From NCBI GenBank assembly GCA_023231475.1, contig JALJEE010001187.1, forward strand, positions 1 to 49,246: a DNA stretch of 49,246 bases, given 5' to 3'. Under the pieces are notes generated by a model. It was not told the origin of the DNA and searched no databases. It worked only from the letters and a program-made list of their open reading frames with translations. The position numbers and the translations under genes were made by a program. Positions 23,440-35,938 of this stretch are shown piece after piece (positions within the stretch are counted from its first letter, which is position 1; each line of letters begins with the position of its first letter). The stretch comes from Seison nebaliae (Eukaryota).

Positions 23440-24541
23440 TCATTCTTCCTCTTCCAACGAATCAATTACTTCACACAAATATGGAAAAATATCAGATGTG
23501 ATAAATGACCTTTGATGGCTCTCACAAATTCGTTTCGTTGCCAATTTCATTATTTGTGTTGCTAATTTGGCAGCATGGAATCCGGTTATTTTCATTGAGA
23601 TTAATCCCGAAACTATTCCTGTCAAAATATCACCTTGTCCGCCACATCGACGTTTACAACCGTTATCTATTTCGCCCATCCATTGTACTGCTCCTTTCCT
23701 GATCATATCGGGATTGCCTTTATTGAGGAATATGATATTATCGTATAAATTCGTTAAGAGATCTAAGGCCAATTGTCGTTGCTAAAGAAGAAAAATAATT
23801 TTCAAAATTTTTGGCTTTTGTCCATAAAAATTGAACTTCAACTGATTTCTTTATTTTAAGTTCCGCCAATTGACATAATTCGACTATATTGGGAGTGAGG
23901 ATCGTAGTTGTCTTTCGGTTATTTATCGTTTTCAATGCATCACTCGTCCTCAAGAGATATAATGCATCCTGAATGAATTACATGAAAATTGAATGATTGT
24001 AAAAAAGGAAAAAATGGAAACGGCATCGATAATCATTGGAATATTGTCATTTTCTTTTAAAAATAATAATTTCTTTTTCATCATGGAAAATTCGGTTTCT
24101 AAAAAAAAGGAACTAGTGCAGTGGCGAGAGTCTTCTCATTCCTTCCTAATCCCGGACCACAAATGATGGCGGAGAATCGACTACAGATATTCCGATAATA
24201 TGACAAACATTCATTCATTTCTTGATGTCTAATAAAATTAGTTAATTATTAATTTCGAGGAAACTAACAATATTCCATGAACAATCAAATCAGGCGAATA
24301 ACTCTTTATTATTGGTGCAGCAGATTCGGTGCAGAAAATGTGCACTAAATCTCCACCTGACCTTAATGCTGCCATACCTGCAAAATATGGTGCACCACTA
24401 TACCTGTAAGTATGTGCGATGAAAAAAAGATATGAAGAGAATTGAGAACTGATCACATCCTCCAATAATGGCAATCTTACCACATTCACCTTTCATTCCA
24501 TTGAAAGAAAGTGAAGGAATTTTTAAAAGATTTCGACTCAT
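23440..24541 (-). CDS. NAXD: ATP-dependent NAD(P)HX dehydratase (NAXD/CARKD), 6 exons: 24541-24450, 24403-24269, 24228-24114, 24072-24022, 23968-23837, 23781-23440; ~288 aa
   Basis: Spliced product has [49 protein letters not shown], and [12 protein letters not shown]. Confidence 0.92.
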
Positions 24542-24638
24542 TTCTATTTAATTTCTTTCTTTTTTTCTTAATTTAATTCTTTTCTGACATTTGTCTCTAA
24601 CACATATTACCTATGAGTCTCTAACGTAAGAAGAGAAA

Positions 24639-24938
24639 TGACGTAGGGAAATAGACAGCCATAAATTTTAATGAAAACAAAAAAAAATTAAATGATTCTC
24701 ATGAGAGTGAAGAAAGGTAATTAAAGATGAGTTCATTTTTATAAGATGACCGTTTGTCTCATGATGAGAAATATTCGATTGAAAGACACGTCAATGTTAA
24801 GCATTACGTAAGTCGTGAATATGTTATCAATTTGATGGAAGCTGAAAATTCAAATGAGAAAAATTGAGATAAAATTTTTGAAAATAAAAAAAATTCAAAT
24901 GAATAAATTCAATTTGATAATCATTTAAGACTGACGTA
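24639..24938. promoter_or_regulatory. Divergent NAXD/HYOU1 promoter with TGACGT-core sites (24639, 24786-24793, 24932)
   Basis: TGACGTA twice and ACACGTCAAT; the latter 10-mer is identical to the one in the XBP1 promoter. Confidence 0.55.
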
Positions 24939-25143
24939 TCTTTAAATTGTAAGAGTGATTGTGTTCGTGTTTTAAAAGTTGATTGTAAATTGCAATAATT
25001 TTTTTATTCGATTTTATTTTCTTATAAAATTCTTCTCAAACTTTTTAATACATTTTTTTCTCCTCCTTTCTAGAACATTCATTCTTTTTTGCCTGTACAT
25101 TTTCTTTTGTAGTCGACTCTGTTTTTTCATTTTATCATAGAAA

Positions 25144-28100
25144 ATGAGACTGCTCATTTTATTGTTATGTCTCTCCATAGTCCATTGGATGGATTGTCGA
25201 GCAGTAGCGTCGATCGATTTCGGTGTGGAATATATGAAGATTGCTATCGTCAAACGAGGAGTTCCGATGACAATCGTATTGAATGCAGGGTCAGAAAGGA
25301 AGACGGTTAATGGTATGTCATTTCGAAATGGTGAACGAGGATTTGAAGATTCAGTCCGAATTAATTCTATGAAGAAACCGACAAGTGCATTTATGTATTG
25401 TCGAGATTTGTTAGGAAAACGGTCGATGGAAGATGAAACGGTGAAATTGTATTTGAAACGATTTCCGTGGATGAAGAAGATTTTATCGATCGATCAAAAT
25501 AATTTACTTTATTTCCAATTACCAACTGAATTGTTGAAGAATACAACAAAAATTACAAATAAAGAAGAAATCAGAAAATTGAGTGTTGTGGAAATCGTTG
25601 CCCACGTATTGAAATATGGAATTAATTTGGCGGAAACTCACGCTGAACAGAAGATTGAAGGAATCGTTGTTACAATTCCACCATTTTTCGGACAATTAGA
25701 AAAACGAGATTTTCTTGACGCTGTTGAAATGACTGGACAGAAATTATTACAATTCATCACAACAGATGTGGCGACTGGTCTTCATCACGGAATATTTCAG
25801 AGGAAACAAATTTTAAGTTCGGATGAGAAGAATGTGGAAAAAAAACCATTCATTATTGTCGATTCTGGTGCTGGTTCTACAACTGCCATTCTTGCACAAT
25901 ACCAGAAACATACGGTAAAAGAAGACGGTTATAGTGATACGGTGCCATTATTGAAAGTTTTAGGAATTGGATCAAAACCATTTAATGGTGGTCTCACATT
26001 GACATTGAAATTAAGAGATAATTTATTGAAACAATTTGCGGAGGAACGACGGAAAAAGAAGATTGATGATTTCAATCCCATAATGGAAAGTTTTGGACAG
26101 AAAGATTTGACTGATACTGATCGATGGAAATTATTTCAACGATTTTTTGCTGAAGCAGAAAAGGCCAAACGAATTTTGTCAGCTAATCAAGAAACCATTT
26201 TCCATTTAGAGGATGTATTCGATGGTGTAAATTTCCGTACACATATCAATCGAAATGATTTTGAGAAATTATTCGATGTTTCTGATTTCATCACTCCCAT
26301 ATATGACGCATTGGAAATGAGTGGGAAACAATTGAGTGAAATTTATACAATTCTCTTAATGGGAGGTAATACCAGATTGCCAATATTACAAAAGACGTTA
26401 GAAGATGATATGAAACCGACAATAATTGGGAAGAGTTTAAATACTGATGAATCGGCAGCGAATGGAGCTGTTTATCATGCCGCTTTCCTGTCTAAGGGAT
26501 ATGTTGTGAAAAAGTTTCTGGTAGAAGATATGTTGATCGAAGGAATCTCTATGACATTCCCAAGTGGAGAAGATAATGAGAAGATGTTGAATCGAGTTTT
26601 GTATTCAGTCAAATCGACATTTCCATCAAAGAAAGTTATGTCGTTTACGAAACATCTCACCAATTTCAATTTGAGTGCATCAGAAATATCGATTAATCGT
26701 AAATTTGCTCTCATTCAATTAAAGAATTTGACGGAAAGTATTGAATCGATGAAGAAAACTCATCATTTCAAAGGATTTCGATTACATTTCCTCTTAAATG
26801 ATTCGGGTTTATTCCATCTCGTCAATGGTGATGCATCATTCGAAAAGTTAAATTCAACTTCCTCCAACAATTCCACAAGTACAGAAGGAGATGATGATTC
26901 AACATTAACGAAAATCGGTAAAGGAATATCATCATTATTCTCATCGAAAGAAGAAGTGACGGTAAATAAAACGGAAAATAGAATAAATGAAACGATGAAA
27001 CAGTCAGAAAATAAGACAATAAATGAAGAGAAGAATAATAACATAACAATGAATTTGAATTCAACAAATTCGACGAAACCATTAAATGGAACGATGAAGA
27101 CGGAAGTGAAGAAGAAAAAGATGGTTCATAAAGAGAATATTTATTTCGAAGTAAATTATCCATTCGATATTGATCAGAAAACTTTAAGAATTTGGAAGAA
27201 GAAATTACGTTATGTTACGAACGAAGAGAATGAAAAGAAGAAATTAGAAAAGATAAAGAATGATGTTGAATCATTTATTTATAGTTGGAAAGATAAATTG
27301 ATGTATGATGATGAAGTGATTGATTGTTCGGAGGAAGAAGAACGAGAAAAAATAATCTCACAATTAACTGAAGCGAATGATTGGATGGAAGAATTACCAT
27401 TTGCTGATGAAACGATTAGTGTATTTGAAGAGAAATTAGCATTCTTACAAAAACTCACTATCGATCTTCAACGTCGTGTCAAAGAGAAAAACGAACGACC
27501 AAGAGCATTGATGGAATTGAAGAATACCATCAAATCTACTAATAATTTCCTTAAAGAAGTGAAGAATAAAACGAATGTGGCACATAGTTTGAAGAAGATG
27601 TTGAATTTGACGAAAGTGGATGAGAGCGATCCAATGATGAAGGCAATGATTGGCGACGGTCCATTATCAGCGACAGATATCGAGAAATTACATTCGAAAG
27701 TGAATGAAACATCTGAATGGCTCGAATCGAAAGAGGAAGAACATCCGATCAGTGAAAAAGACAGTTGTCCGAAAAACGTAAAAATTTATGAAAGTTTCAG
27801 TTCGAAAATCATCGTGGATAAACAAAGAAAATTGAGAATAGAAGTCGATCATTATCAAAAGAAAGTACAAACATGGCGTCCAAGTATGGATTATTTTAAA
27901 AATTTTCTCAATGAAACTGAATTGAATTACAAAAAATTAAATAAGACAAAATCGAACGAAACGATTGTAGAAGGTACGAATAGTCAAGAGAAGAACATAA
28001 CGACGGACAATTCGACAATGAAATCTGACACAAACAACAATTCCACCATTCAACCAGAGAAAACGGACGAACCGATCAAATTGGAAGTTGAAGAGAAACT

Positions 28101-28242
28101 GACAACGGACGAAAATTTCATTCCTCCAAATTCCAAAAGTACCAGTGAAAAGAATAATGATAAGGAGGAGGCGTCAAACAATGGAGAAAAGACGACTAGC
28201 AAACCAATCGATCCAGCAACTCACGACGCGATCGATTTATAA
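25144..28242 (+). CDS. HYOU1: Hypoxia up-regulated 1 / GRP170 (ER Hsp70-family nucleotide exchange factor), intronless CDS, 1,032 aa
   Basis: Signal peptide; SIDFGVEYMKIAIVKRGVPMTIVLN..ERKT; VVTIPPFF; AEKAKRILSAN; LMGGNTRLP; LNTDESAANGAVY; many N-glycosylation sequons. Confidence 0.95.
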   Translation: MRLLILLLCLSIVHWMDCRAVASIDFGVEYMKIAIVKRGVPMTIVLNAGSERKTVNGMSFRNGERGFEDSVRINSMKKPTSAFMYCRDLLGKRSMEDETVKLYLKRFPWMKKILSIDQNNLLYFQLPTELLKNTTKITNKEEIRKLSVVEIVAHVLKYGINLAETHAEQKIEGIVVTIPPFFGQLEKRDFLDAVEMTGQKLLQFITTDVATGLHHGIFQRKQILSSDEKNVEKKPFIIVDSGAGSTTAILAQYQKHTVKEDGYSDTVPLLKVLGIGSKPFNGGLTLTLKLRDNLLKQFAEERRKKKIDDFNPIMESFGQKDLTDTDRWKLFQRFFAEAEKAKRILSANQETIFHLEDVFDGVNFRTHINRNDFEKLFDVSDFITPIYDALEMSGKQLSEIYTILLMGGNTRLPILQKTLEDDMKPTIIGKSLNTDESAANGAVYHAAFLSKGYVVKKFLVEDMLIEGISMTFPSGEDNEKMLNRVLYSVKSTFPSKKVMSFTKHLTNFNLSASEISINRKFALIQLKNLTESIESMKKTHHFKGFRLHFLLNDSGLFHLVNGDASFEKLNSTSSNNSTSTEGDDDSTLTKIGKGISSLFSSKEEVTVNKTENRINETMKQSENKTINEEKNNNITMNLNSTNSTKPLNGTMKTEVKKKKMVHKENIYFEVNYPFDIDQKTLRIWKKKLRYVTNEENEKKKLEKIKNDVESFIYSWKDKLMYDDEVIDCSEEEEREKIISQLTEANDWMEELPFADETISVFEEKLAFLQKLTIDLQRRVKEKNERPRALMELKNTIKSTNNFLKEVKNKTNVAHSLKKMLNLTKVDESDPMMKAMIGDGPLSATDIEKLHSKVNETSEWLESKEEEHPISEKDSCPKNVKIYESFSSKIIVDKQRKLRIEVDHYQKKVQTWRPSMDYFKNFLNETELNYKKLNKTKSNETIVEGTNSQEKNITTDNSTMKSDTNNNSTIQPEKTDEPIKLEVEEKLTTDENFIPPNSKSTSEKNNDKEEASNNGEKTTSKPIDPATHDAIDL

Positions 28243-31200
28243 ATAATTTAATATTTTTTCCAAACCAATTTGTTATAAAATGATAGGACATTGTTGATGT
28301 TAATTCTCGAGAGTCATTACAACATCTCCTCTTCAACTTTATTTATACAAAAATTTTGTTCTTACAAAAATTTAATTCGTTTAATTTTTCTTTCGAAAAT
28401 TCGTTTGTTTTCTTTCATTTTCGATAAAATTTTCTTTTCACAATTTTTATGATGATAAATTGTCGTCGGAGAAAACCATTTGTCTGTTCGAAAGAATTTG
28501 ATGGTTCCTTTTCTGTTATTTGTCAGTGTAAAAGAAATGTAATTCTTTTCATAAAATTTATCAGTTTCTTTAATGATATTCCGTTTGTTTTGAGCCCTCT
28601 ATAAAATTTATTTTAGGGAAAATTTAAATTCCATAAAAATTAATTAAATTTTAAATATTTCTCTTTTAATTTCATTTTTTATGAGAAATTCAACAGTTTC
28701 TTTTTGGAACGAATGATTGAATGGGAGTTGATTGAAGGAGAAGATATATAAGAAGAAAATATAATAAATATACGAATGAATAAATGGAAAGAAGAGTATT
28801 GAGAAAGTTAATCGATTAAGAGATCGGATGAATATTATAAAGTAAATGGAGATTGAGATTAGGAGTTGATCGGAGATGGTCAGTGGAAGATGTGTTAGTG
28901 GCAGTACATTACATGAAGTGTTGATAGAAGCAATTAATATTAAATTTTTTACAAGTGATTCATTCAACGTTTGAATTGATATAGTGTTTTCGAATTATAA
29001 AGTTTCTGTTTACATTGAAATCCCACGTGGAATTATCGATTTAGATGGGAAGGAATGCTGATAAAAAGTTGGGGAGGAAAGGTTGCGATGAGGGAAGTGG
29101 AAGGCAGTTCGTTCTGTAATCAATTACAAATGATTCGGAGAGAGGAGGCGAATGATGAGAATTGAGGAGGAAATATTGGCAAGAGAACAATTAATTCGGT
29201 TCATCTTTTCAATGAATAGAATTGATTGAATGGAATTATTGATGTGAAATGGAAGAATGTACAATATTCGAAGGAAAAGAATTGGAATATACTGGGAAGG
29301 AGAAAATGAAAGAGATGTAAAAGAAGGGTGATAAATAGTTGTGAGAAAATGTAAATGAGACGACGAACGTTAAACAATGAGAAGAATCAATTCGCCGGAA
29401 CCGAATAATTTCCTATTAATTCGATTCAGTACTAATCATCATCATCATCATCGTCATCATATTTACTTCATGCAAATAATCGGGGAGCCTAATCGATAAG
29501 TTGTTTTCGATGATGTGAAGACGAAGTATTTGATGGAGTTACGAGTCGATACTGCGAAGTAACATCATTCATCTTATTCATTTATAAGTCGAATTAGAAA
29601 TCGACTAAAGGAATGGAACGAACTTGAGAGATGTAAGTAAGGAAGACGGGTAACTCTTGAATCGATGAGACCATAACACCTTTATGAATAAAAGGAACAA
29701 ATACGATTGGTGGAGAAGAGGAGGGGGGGGGAGAATCAAAATCGATTGTTTTCTTAAGACGATTTCGTTTATTTTTCTTTCTCCACCACTCAAATGTCTC
29801 ACGTCATTCCAGCAAAAAAATTTCCTATTTTCTATCATTTTCTTTCGTTTTGAATGAAATAACCAAAATTTTTTTTATTAATAATTTCAATAGAACTTCG
29901 ATGGAAGTTAGTTAGGTATTGGCGTCGGTAGAGAAGCGATTGTCTATGTGTAATTGTGATGAAGTGTGGAAGTGGAGAAAGAATTGGGTGCATGTAACAT
30001 ACGAAATCGAATGGTTCGAACAAAGTGATTGTTTTGGAATGAAGATGGAAAGAAAATGGATTGTTAGAGAAAGAGATCTCCCTCATTCCTTTACAATTTC
30101 TACTTCACACCAAATGAAAAAAAGGAAAACTTCAATTTCGGGTTTCCTTAAAAAGAGTTCCATTAGCCAGAGTTTATTGGGAGATAGAAGAAAGGTGTAT
30201 TAGGTAGAGAGAGAGAGAGGGACGATGGGAGAGAGTGTAGATAGAAGTCCTTTAATTCTTCTTCATCATATTCAATCTAATATTATTGTTTCTGAAGTAT
30301 ATTTGTATGTCTATAGCTCACCCTAAGAGTGGGTAAGGGAAAAAGATATTAAACGATATTAATCGTCTAGTTATCGGTCATACATATCACAACTACCGCT
30401 CGTCCACCAAATCTCATCTAATTACAAGCAGATAGACGTTAATTCTCTGTTGCTCATTCGATCCATTCTCCAATCTTCCACTTCTCATTCTTCCACTTAA
30501 CTATGATGATGATAATGATGACGACTCTGTTATCTGTGTGGAATTAACTCGGTGTGTGTAGCGGACGATGGAAATAAGTTTCTGCTACTAACGGAGAATT
30601 GGGAGAAAGAAATAAGAAAAACAAAATGTTTTCATGTTCTAAGATTAAGTCGTCAGTCGTCGGTCTGTTTGGGGAGGAAGGGAGGTGGTGTGGAGGGAGA
30701 AGGAATTGGATGATCGTCAATCGCCTGAAGCAAATCGTATCATTAGAATGTGTCGACCTGCTAGATGGCAGGTAACATTGTACGTTGTCGTTATTTGTGA
30801 AACACGTTTTAGGGGATAAGTCTAAGTTGCACCATCGGAACTGGATGGAGGTGGGAGAAAATAACTTTCTTTCATTCTCGTTCTTAATACCGCTCGATTA
30901 TACTTTCCCGCCGTTTATTTGGATTATGACAAGTAGAATTTATTGTTATTTTAGTTAATGATCGCATCAGACTAATCTGCGGGGCAATAAGCGGAATGTT
31001 TCGCTTTCATTTCCAGATTACATTGACGATTGCCATCAGCACTTTTCCTTCTTCCCAAAACTTTCCTTTTCACATTTTCAATTAGATATCTCAATCCCAG
31101 ATTTCCTTTAGCGTCATTAACGGCTATATTGTCTGTAAGCGTCGATAGATTCCATTATCAGAATATAGAAACAATCTTAATCTCTTTTGAGGAATGAGAA

Positions 31201-31770
31201 GATGAAGAAGTGAACTCTCCACTAACAACTGCTCTCGTCTTGACATTTCCAATTAACTGATGATGATGAAAATTTACATATTCATCCAACAACAAACGAA
31301 TAAAGTGGATGATGATGATGATGTAGTTGTTGTTTATAATGATGATGATGATGATGATCAATCGCCCTCTAATTTCCTACATGTTCCCATTTCTAAGAGG
31401 TGATAAGAATTCTATTTTGCTCTTCTATTCATATCATAGATCATAATTCTTCTCCCCTCAACCATCTTTTCGTTTATTCTTCCTGTTTATCAGCGTTTAA
31501 TTATCATCAGTTAAATGAGAAAAGGAAAAATCATTTAAACGATTCCATCCATTTGATTTGTGGAGAAATTCGATTTGTTTTCATTAAAACTTAATGATTG
31601 CGCAATTAAATTGAAGAGCAGTTTTTTTGGTAATGGAGTAAATTAATAATTTTCATTGTTTTCATTTCTCTTATGTAAGAGCAGACTTCTCACGTATAAG
31701 GTCAATTGGTGATAGAGAGTGATCTGATTACGAGTTAAAGAAAACAATTCGAACGAGTAATTGGAAAGAA

Positions 31771-33898
31771 ATGAACGAAAATAATATTTGTCCATCAGAA
31801 AATCTTATAAATTATCTATCGAATAATAATCAATTATTCCAACAACAACACCAACAACAACAACAACATCATCATCATCAGCAGCAACAGCAGCAGCAAC
31901 AACAATCACTTTCTCAGCAACAGCAGCAACAGTCATATGACGATAATAGAAATACGTTAAATGAACTAATAAAATCTGGTTTATTGAATGAGGAGTCGAA
32001 ATTGAGTACGATTGATCTTCAGATACCAAACGAAAATACGATGGAAATGATTCCATCAAACATTGCTACTAATTTCCTCGACAGTTGTGTTAATGGTAAA
32101 ATAATTAACAATGAATTGTTGAGAACGGAGAAGACTTGTTCAACCGCTGCTCCAACAACATCTCCATCCACAACAACAACAATAACAGCCACAGTGGATG
32201 GACGACCTTCTCTGATATCAGAAGACGAATCACGCCTCACAAATAACGATACACCAACAACATTATTAGGAGATACTCATCAAGAAATTAAAAATCATTC
32301 AATTAACAACAACAATAATAATAATAATAATAATGAGCATCCGAATAATGAACATATTATAGAGAATAATCCGACTATGTTAAATTCATTTAATGATGCC
32401 AATAACAACACGATAAAACAAGAAGGAAATGATGATTTGTATCAGATCAATTATGAGCAGTATATCAACGCATTAAACATTCAATCTGCATTGATGAACA
32501 ATGCATACCAACGACTAATGCAGAACGCTGCTGTTTCCAGCGGTGTTGCACAGCAAGTACTAATTCCATCTCAAGATGTGACTTGTCATCCATTACTCCA
32601 ACATTTAACGGCCAACTCTCTCCTTAACCAGAACTCCATTTCTTCCTACACAAACAACGTCTCAGGTAAAGATATGGTGAAACCGCCATATTCCTATATT
32701 GCACTCATTAGTATGGCAATCCAGCATGCTCCTTCTCAACGAGCCACACTCAATCATATTTATGCGTTCGTTATGGAAAAGTTCCCATATTATCGAGAGA
32801 ACAAACAAGGATGGCAGAATTCCATCCGTCACAATTTGTCTTTGAACGATTGTTTCATTAAAGTGCCTCGGGACGACAAGAAACCGGGAAAAGGATCTTA
32901 TTGGGCACTCCATCCCGATGCTTATAACATGTTCGACAATGGTTCTTATCTGCGACGACGTCGACGTTTTAAAAAACCGACTACCGTCAAAACGGAATCG
33001 AAGACTCTCCTCCCCCATAAACAAAACATGAACGAAATGAAAAACGAACGGAAATTTCCCTCAGAGAAAAAATCGAGAAAACGAACGTTCAATCAAATCA
33101 ATAAAGACGAACAACAGATGAATCATTCTCTTCAACACAAAAAGATGACGAAAGAATCGGAATCCGGTTCGCCAGTCCAATATCATGCCAATTCAACCGA
33201 TTCGACTAATACCGATTCTGCTTTGTCTATTGAAGGATCGACAACATCATCTACATCGTCATCGAACACTACAGCATCCAATTCTGCCATATCACCAACA
33301 TCAATGATTAATGCCAATTCAAATTACTTTCCAGTTCATCAGAATATTTTGACGGAGAAAATTCCCGACAATTTTCATAGTCCTAACAAGAATAAAATAG
33401 AGAATGAGAATGAACTGAACAATTCGAAACAGTTGATTAGCAATCCTTTTCTTCGCTCATATTACAATGAACAACGTAACGATCTAACATCAGAACCGGT
33501 TCCCAAAATACATTTGGATAGTGCCATGTCAAACTTCCCCAATCAATACCAATCACCAATTCCAATAAATTCATGTGAAATGAAGACGATTGATAGAAAC
33601 GACTCTAAATTAATTGAAGACAAATTATTATCATCAACATCCGCCACCACTTGGTACGAAAATAATTTTCCTGTTGGTTCTTTTTAATTCATTTCTTAAA
33701 CTTTTTTCCTCTTTCTTTTACAAATAGATGACGAATTGTGAACGAACTCCAAATGAAGATATAATGAAGAATTTCGTTCATAATGAACTCCGCCAGCAAA
33801 TCACAAATTTCTCAAATTTCAACTTCTCTCTTCCCAACAAGAGCAATTTGTCTGCCATGATGTCGTATATGCACAATTCATCTGTAAATTCGCAGTAA
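31771..33898 (+). CDS. FOXC: Forkhead box C transcription factor, join(31771..33672, 33728..33898), ~690 aa
   Basis: [19 protein letters not shown]...[35 protein letters not shown]...[17 protein letters not shown] closely matches the FoxC class; a predicted 55-nt GTT..TAG intron adds an open 56-aa exon. Confidence 0.92.
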
Positions 33899-34265
33899 AT
33901 TAATTTATAAGATAATTATAGATAATTCAAATAGTATTCTCCGTTTTTATTATCGTTTCCTTCTTCTCGTCTCCTCTACATTTATCCGTCATATTTCATA
34001 ATTTATCAAAACTTTATGTTGGTGAGTGAAACTCTTTTCTTTTTTTCATAATATTTTCTTCTTTTCTCAATTTGAAATTATTAAATTTAATTTTATCCAT
34101 TTTTACTTTAAATCTTCAAAATTCAAAACAGAGATCAACGAGAACATATAAAACAAATTAATTAAGATATTTTTTTTTGGTTAAAGTCGAATGATGATAA
34201 TTATTCATCACTATAATTGTTAAAACGAATAAATTAGTTTTGGAAATTGATTTTCTGTTTCCAAC

Positions 34266-35376
34266 TTATTTATTGATCTTCCTTCGATATAACGGATCCT
34301 TCTTCTACATGGTATTCAAATAAAATTCTAGGAAAGGAATCATATGAGGAAAGAGAACTTTTGATTTGCGATAATAATAATCCATTTCCGATTCACCAGG
34401 TTGACGGAAAGTTTCATCGCCTTGCAATTCTTGACGATATTGACGTAAGAATGGATGATCATCATCAGTTATTGGTGCATTGAGCACTTCGGGTGGTGGG
34501 GCACCAATTCCACTTTCGTCCATTCTCATATAACCGGGTGCCAATGAAGAGAATCCAGTAATTCCACCCATCGCTTGGTAGCCATGAACGACTTGACTAC
34601 CTGGTTCTCCTGGTAGTGGAGCTACTGGATGACCACGAGCAATTCTATCATCTCTAGTTTCTACGATTGTGCTATGTAGTTTCACCGCTTCACCACAATC
34701 ACACGTATAAGAACCAACGAATTGATTACAATTACATTTTCCTTTCTCTTATTAATATTATTTATTAATTATTAATTAAATTTATTAAATTAATTAAATA
34801 AAAGAATTAACGAGTACATGGGTAGGGATGTTTGGCGGAATGTTCATCTGTAAAATGTTTACATGTGCACCGGATCGGTCTCGAACCATTCTTCGGTACA
34901 TAATGATAAGCAGCACACAAACATTGACCGAATCGACATCTCAATTTGTACGGTTTCTTCAACTTCGACACATCGACATCTGTTTCATGTTGACGGTATC
35001 TGTTAATCCAGGAAAGAATGAAGGTGGATAAAAGAAGAGGAAATCATTTCGAACTTATGTCCACAGAAACAAGGAGTTTCCGGACCTACCAGCTTACAAT
35101 CCATACCTTTGCTGTTCGTCCAACTGACATACAACCGATTGAGAGCACGCTAGAAAAATGATTTTCTATAATTAGACTGAAAGGTAAGAGTAACATCTTT
35201 ATGTTGTTGCTTATATGCTTCGAATTCTTCAGGAGTAAACAACTTCCCATTATCATCATCGCCAACGATTCTTTTAGAATGAAAATGAAAATTCTCCCCC
35301 TCAAATACAACCTTTTATATTCCACATATTCATCGATATGCGCTGTAGGTGGAACAGGTTTCCTATTGTTTTCCAT
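34266..35376 (-). CDS. FAM221A: FAM221A (C7orf46) homologue, 6 exons: 35376-35312, 35270-35195, 35149-35055, 34999-34812, 34741-34359, 34304-34266; ~281 aa
   Basis: Spliced product has DEYVEYKRIVGDDDNGKLFTPEEF, NRLYVSW...GMDCKLVGPETPCFCGHKYRQH, PIRCTCKHF and AMGGITGFSSLAPGYMRMDESGIG, matching recalled FAM221A motifs. Confidence 0.92.
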
Positions 35377-35535
35377 CAATCACCAAAATGAATTATATTT
35401 TTTGGGAATGGAATATATTTTAAGAATGGAATAAATTTCAGAATTGAATCAAATGTTTTGTTGTCGAAACTAATTAAGAAAGTATTGAAAAGAAAAAGTT
35501 TGAAGAAAAAGTATTAGAAGAAAATTAGAAGTTCC

Positions 35536-35549
35536 GTTTCTATGGTGAC
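35536..35549. promoter_or_regulatory. RFX X-box upstream of FAM221A
   Basis: GTTTCTATGGTGAC fits RTHNYYWTRRNRAC at all 14 positions, 160 bp upstream of the ATG. Confidence 0.7.
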
Positions 35550-35938
35550 GGAAAATAATATTTATTTTGGAAGTATTAGCTTCCAAAAAAAGTGGGAAGC
35601 TATTTCGAATTGATAGTTTTACACCATCCAACTACATTTGTCGTTCATTATTTTTTTGAAGAAATATTAAAATTTCTGTTTGATTTGATTAAAAACAATT
35701 TTATTGTTATAAATTTGAAATGGATTTTGATATGAAAATAATAAAATTTGTCTGGATGAAAAATTTATATCACAAGTTGGAAGCACAAAAATTTAGAATT
35801 CTCTTTTTGCTGTTGTTTGTGTGGGAGGTGGAATTGAGGAAACATTAAGAGAATGACGATTTTGGAAATAAACATTTTGGAAATTTAATACTTTTTGTTG
35901 AAAATAACGATTTAGAGTCTGTATAAAATGAGGAGGAG

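Noticed and set aside
24099..24113. 15-nt micro-intron GTTCCTTTTTTTTAG in NAXD
   Set aside because: It leads to an in-frame TGA; the 41-nt intron restores the frame and the homologous spacing
34690..35100. Cys-rich stretch initially read as EGF-like
   Set aside because: After splicing it matches the FAM221A Cys/His-rich domain
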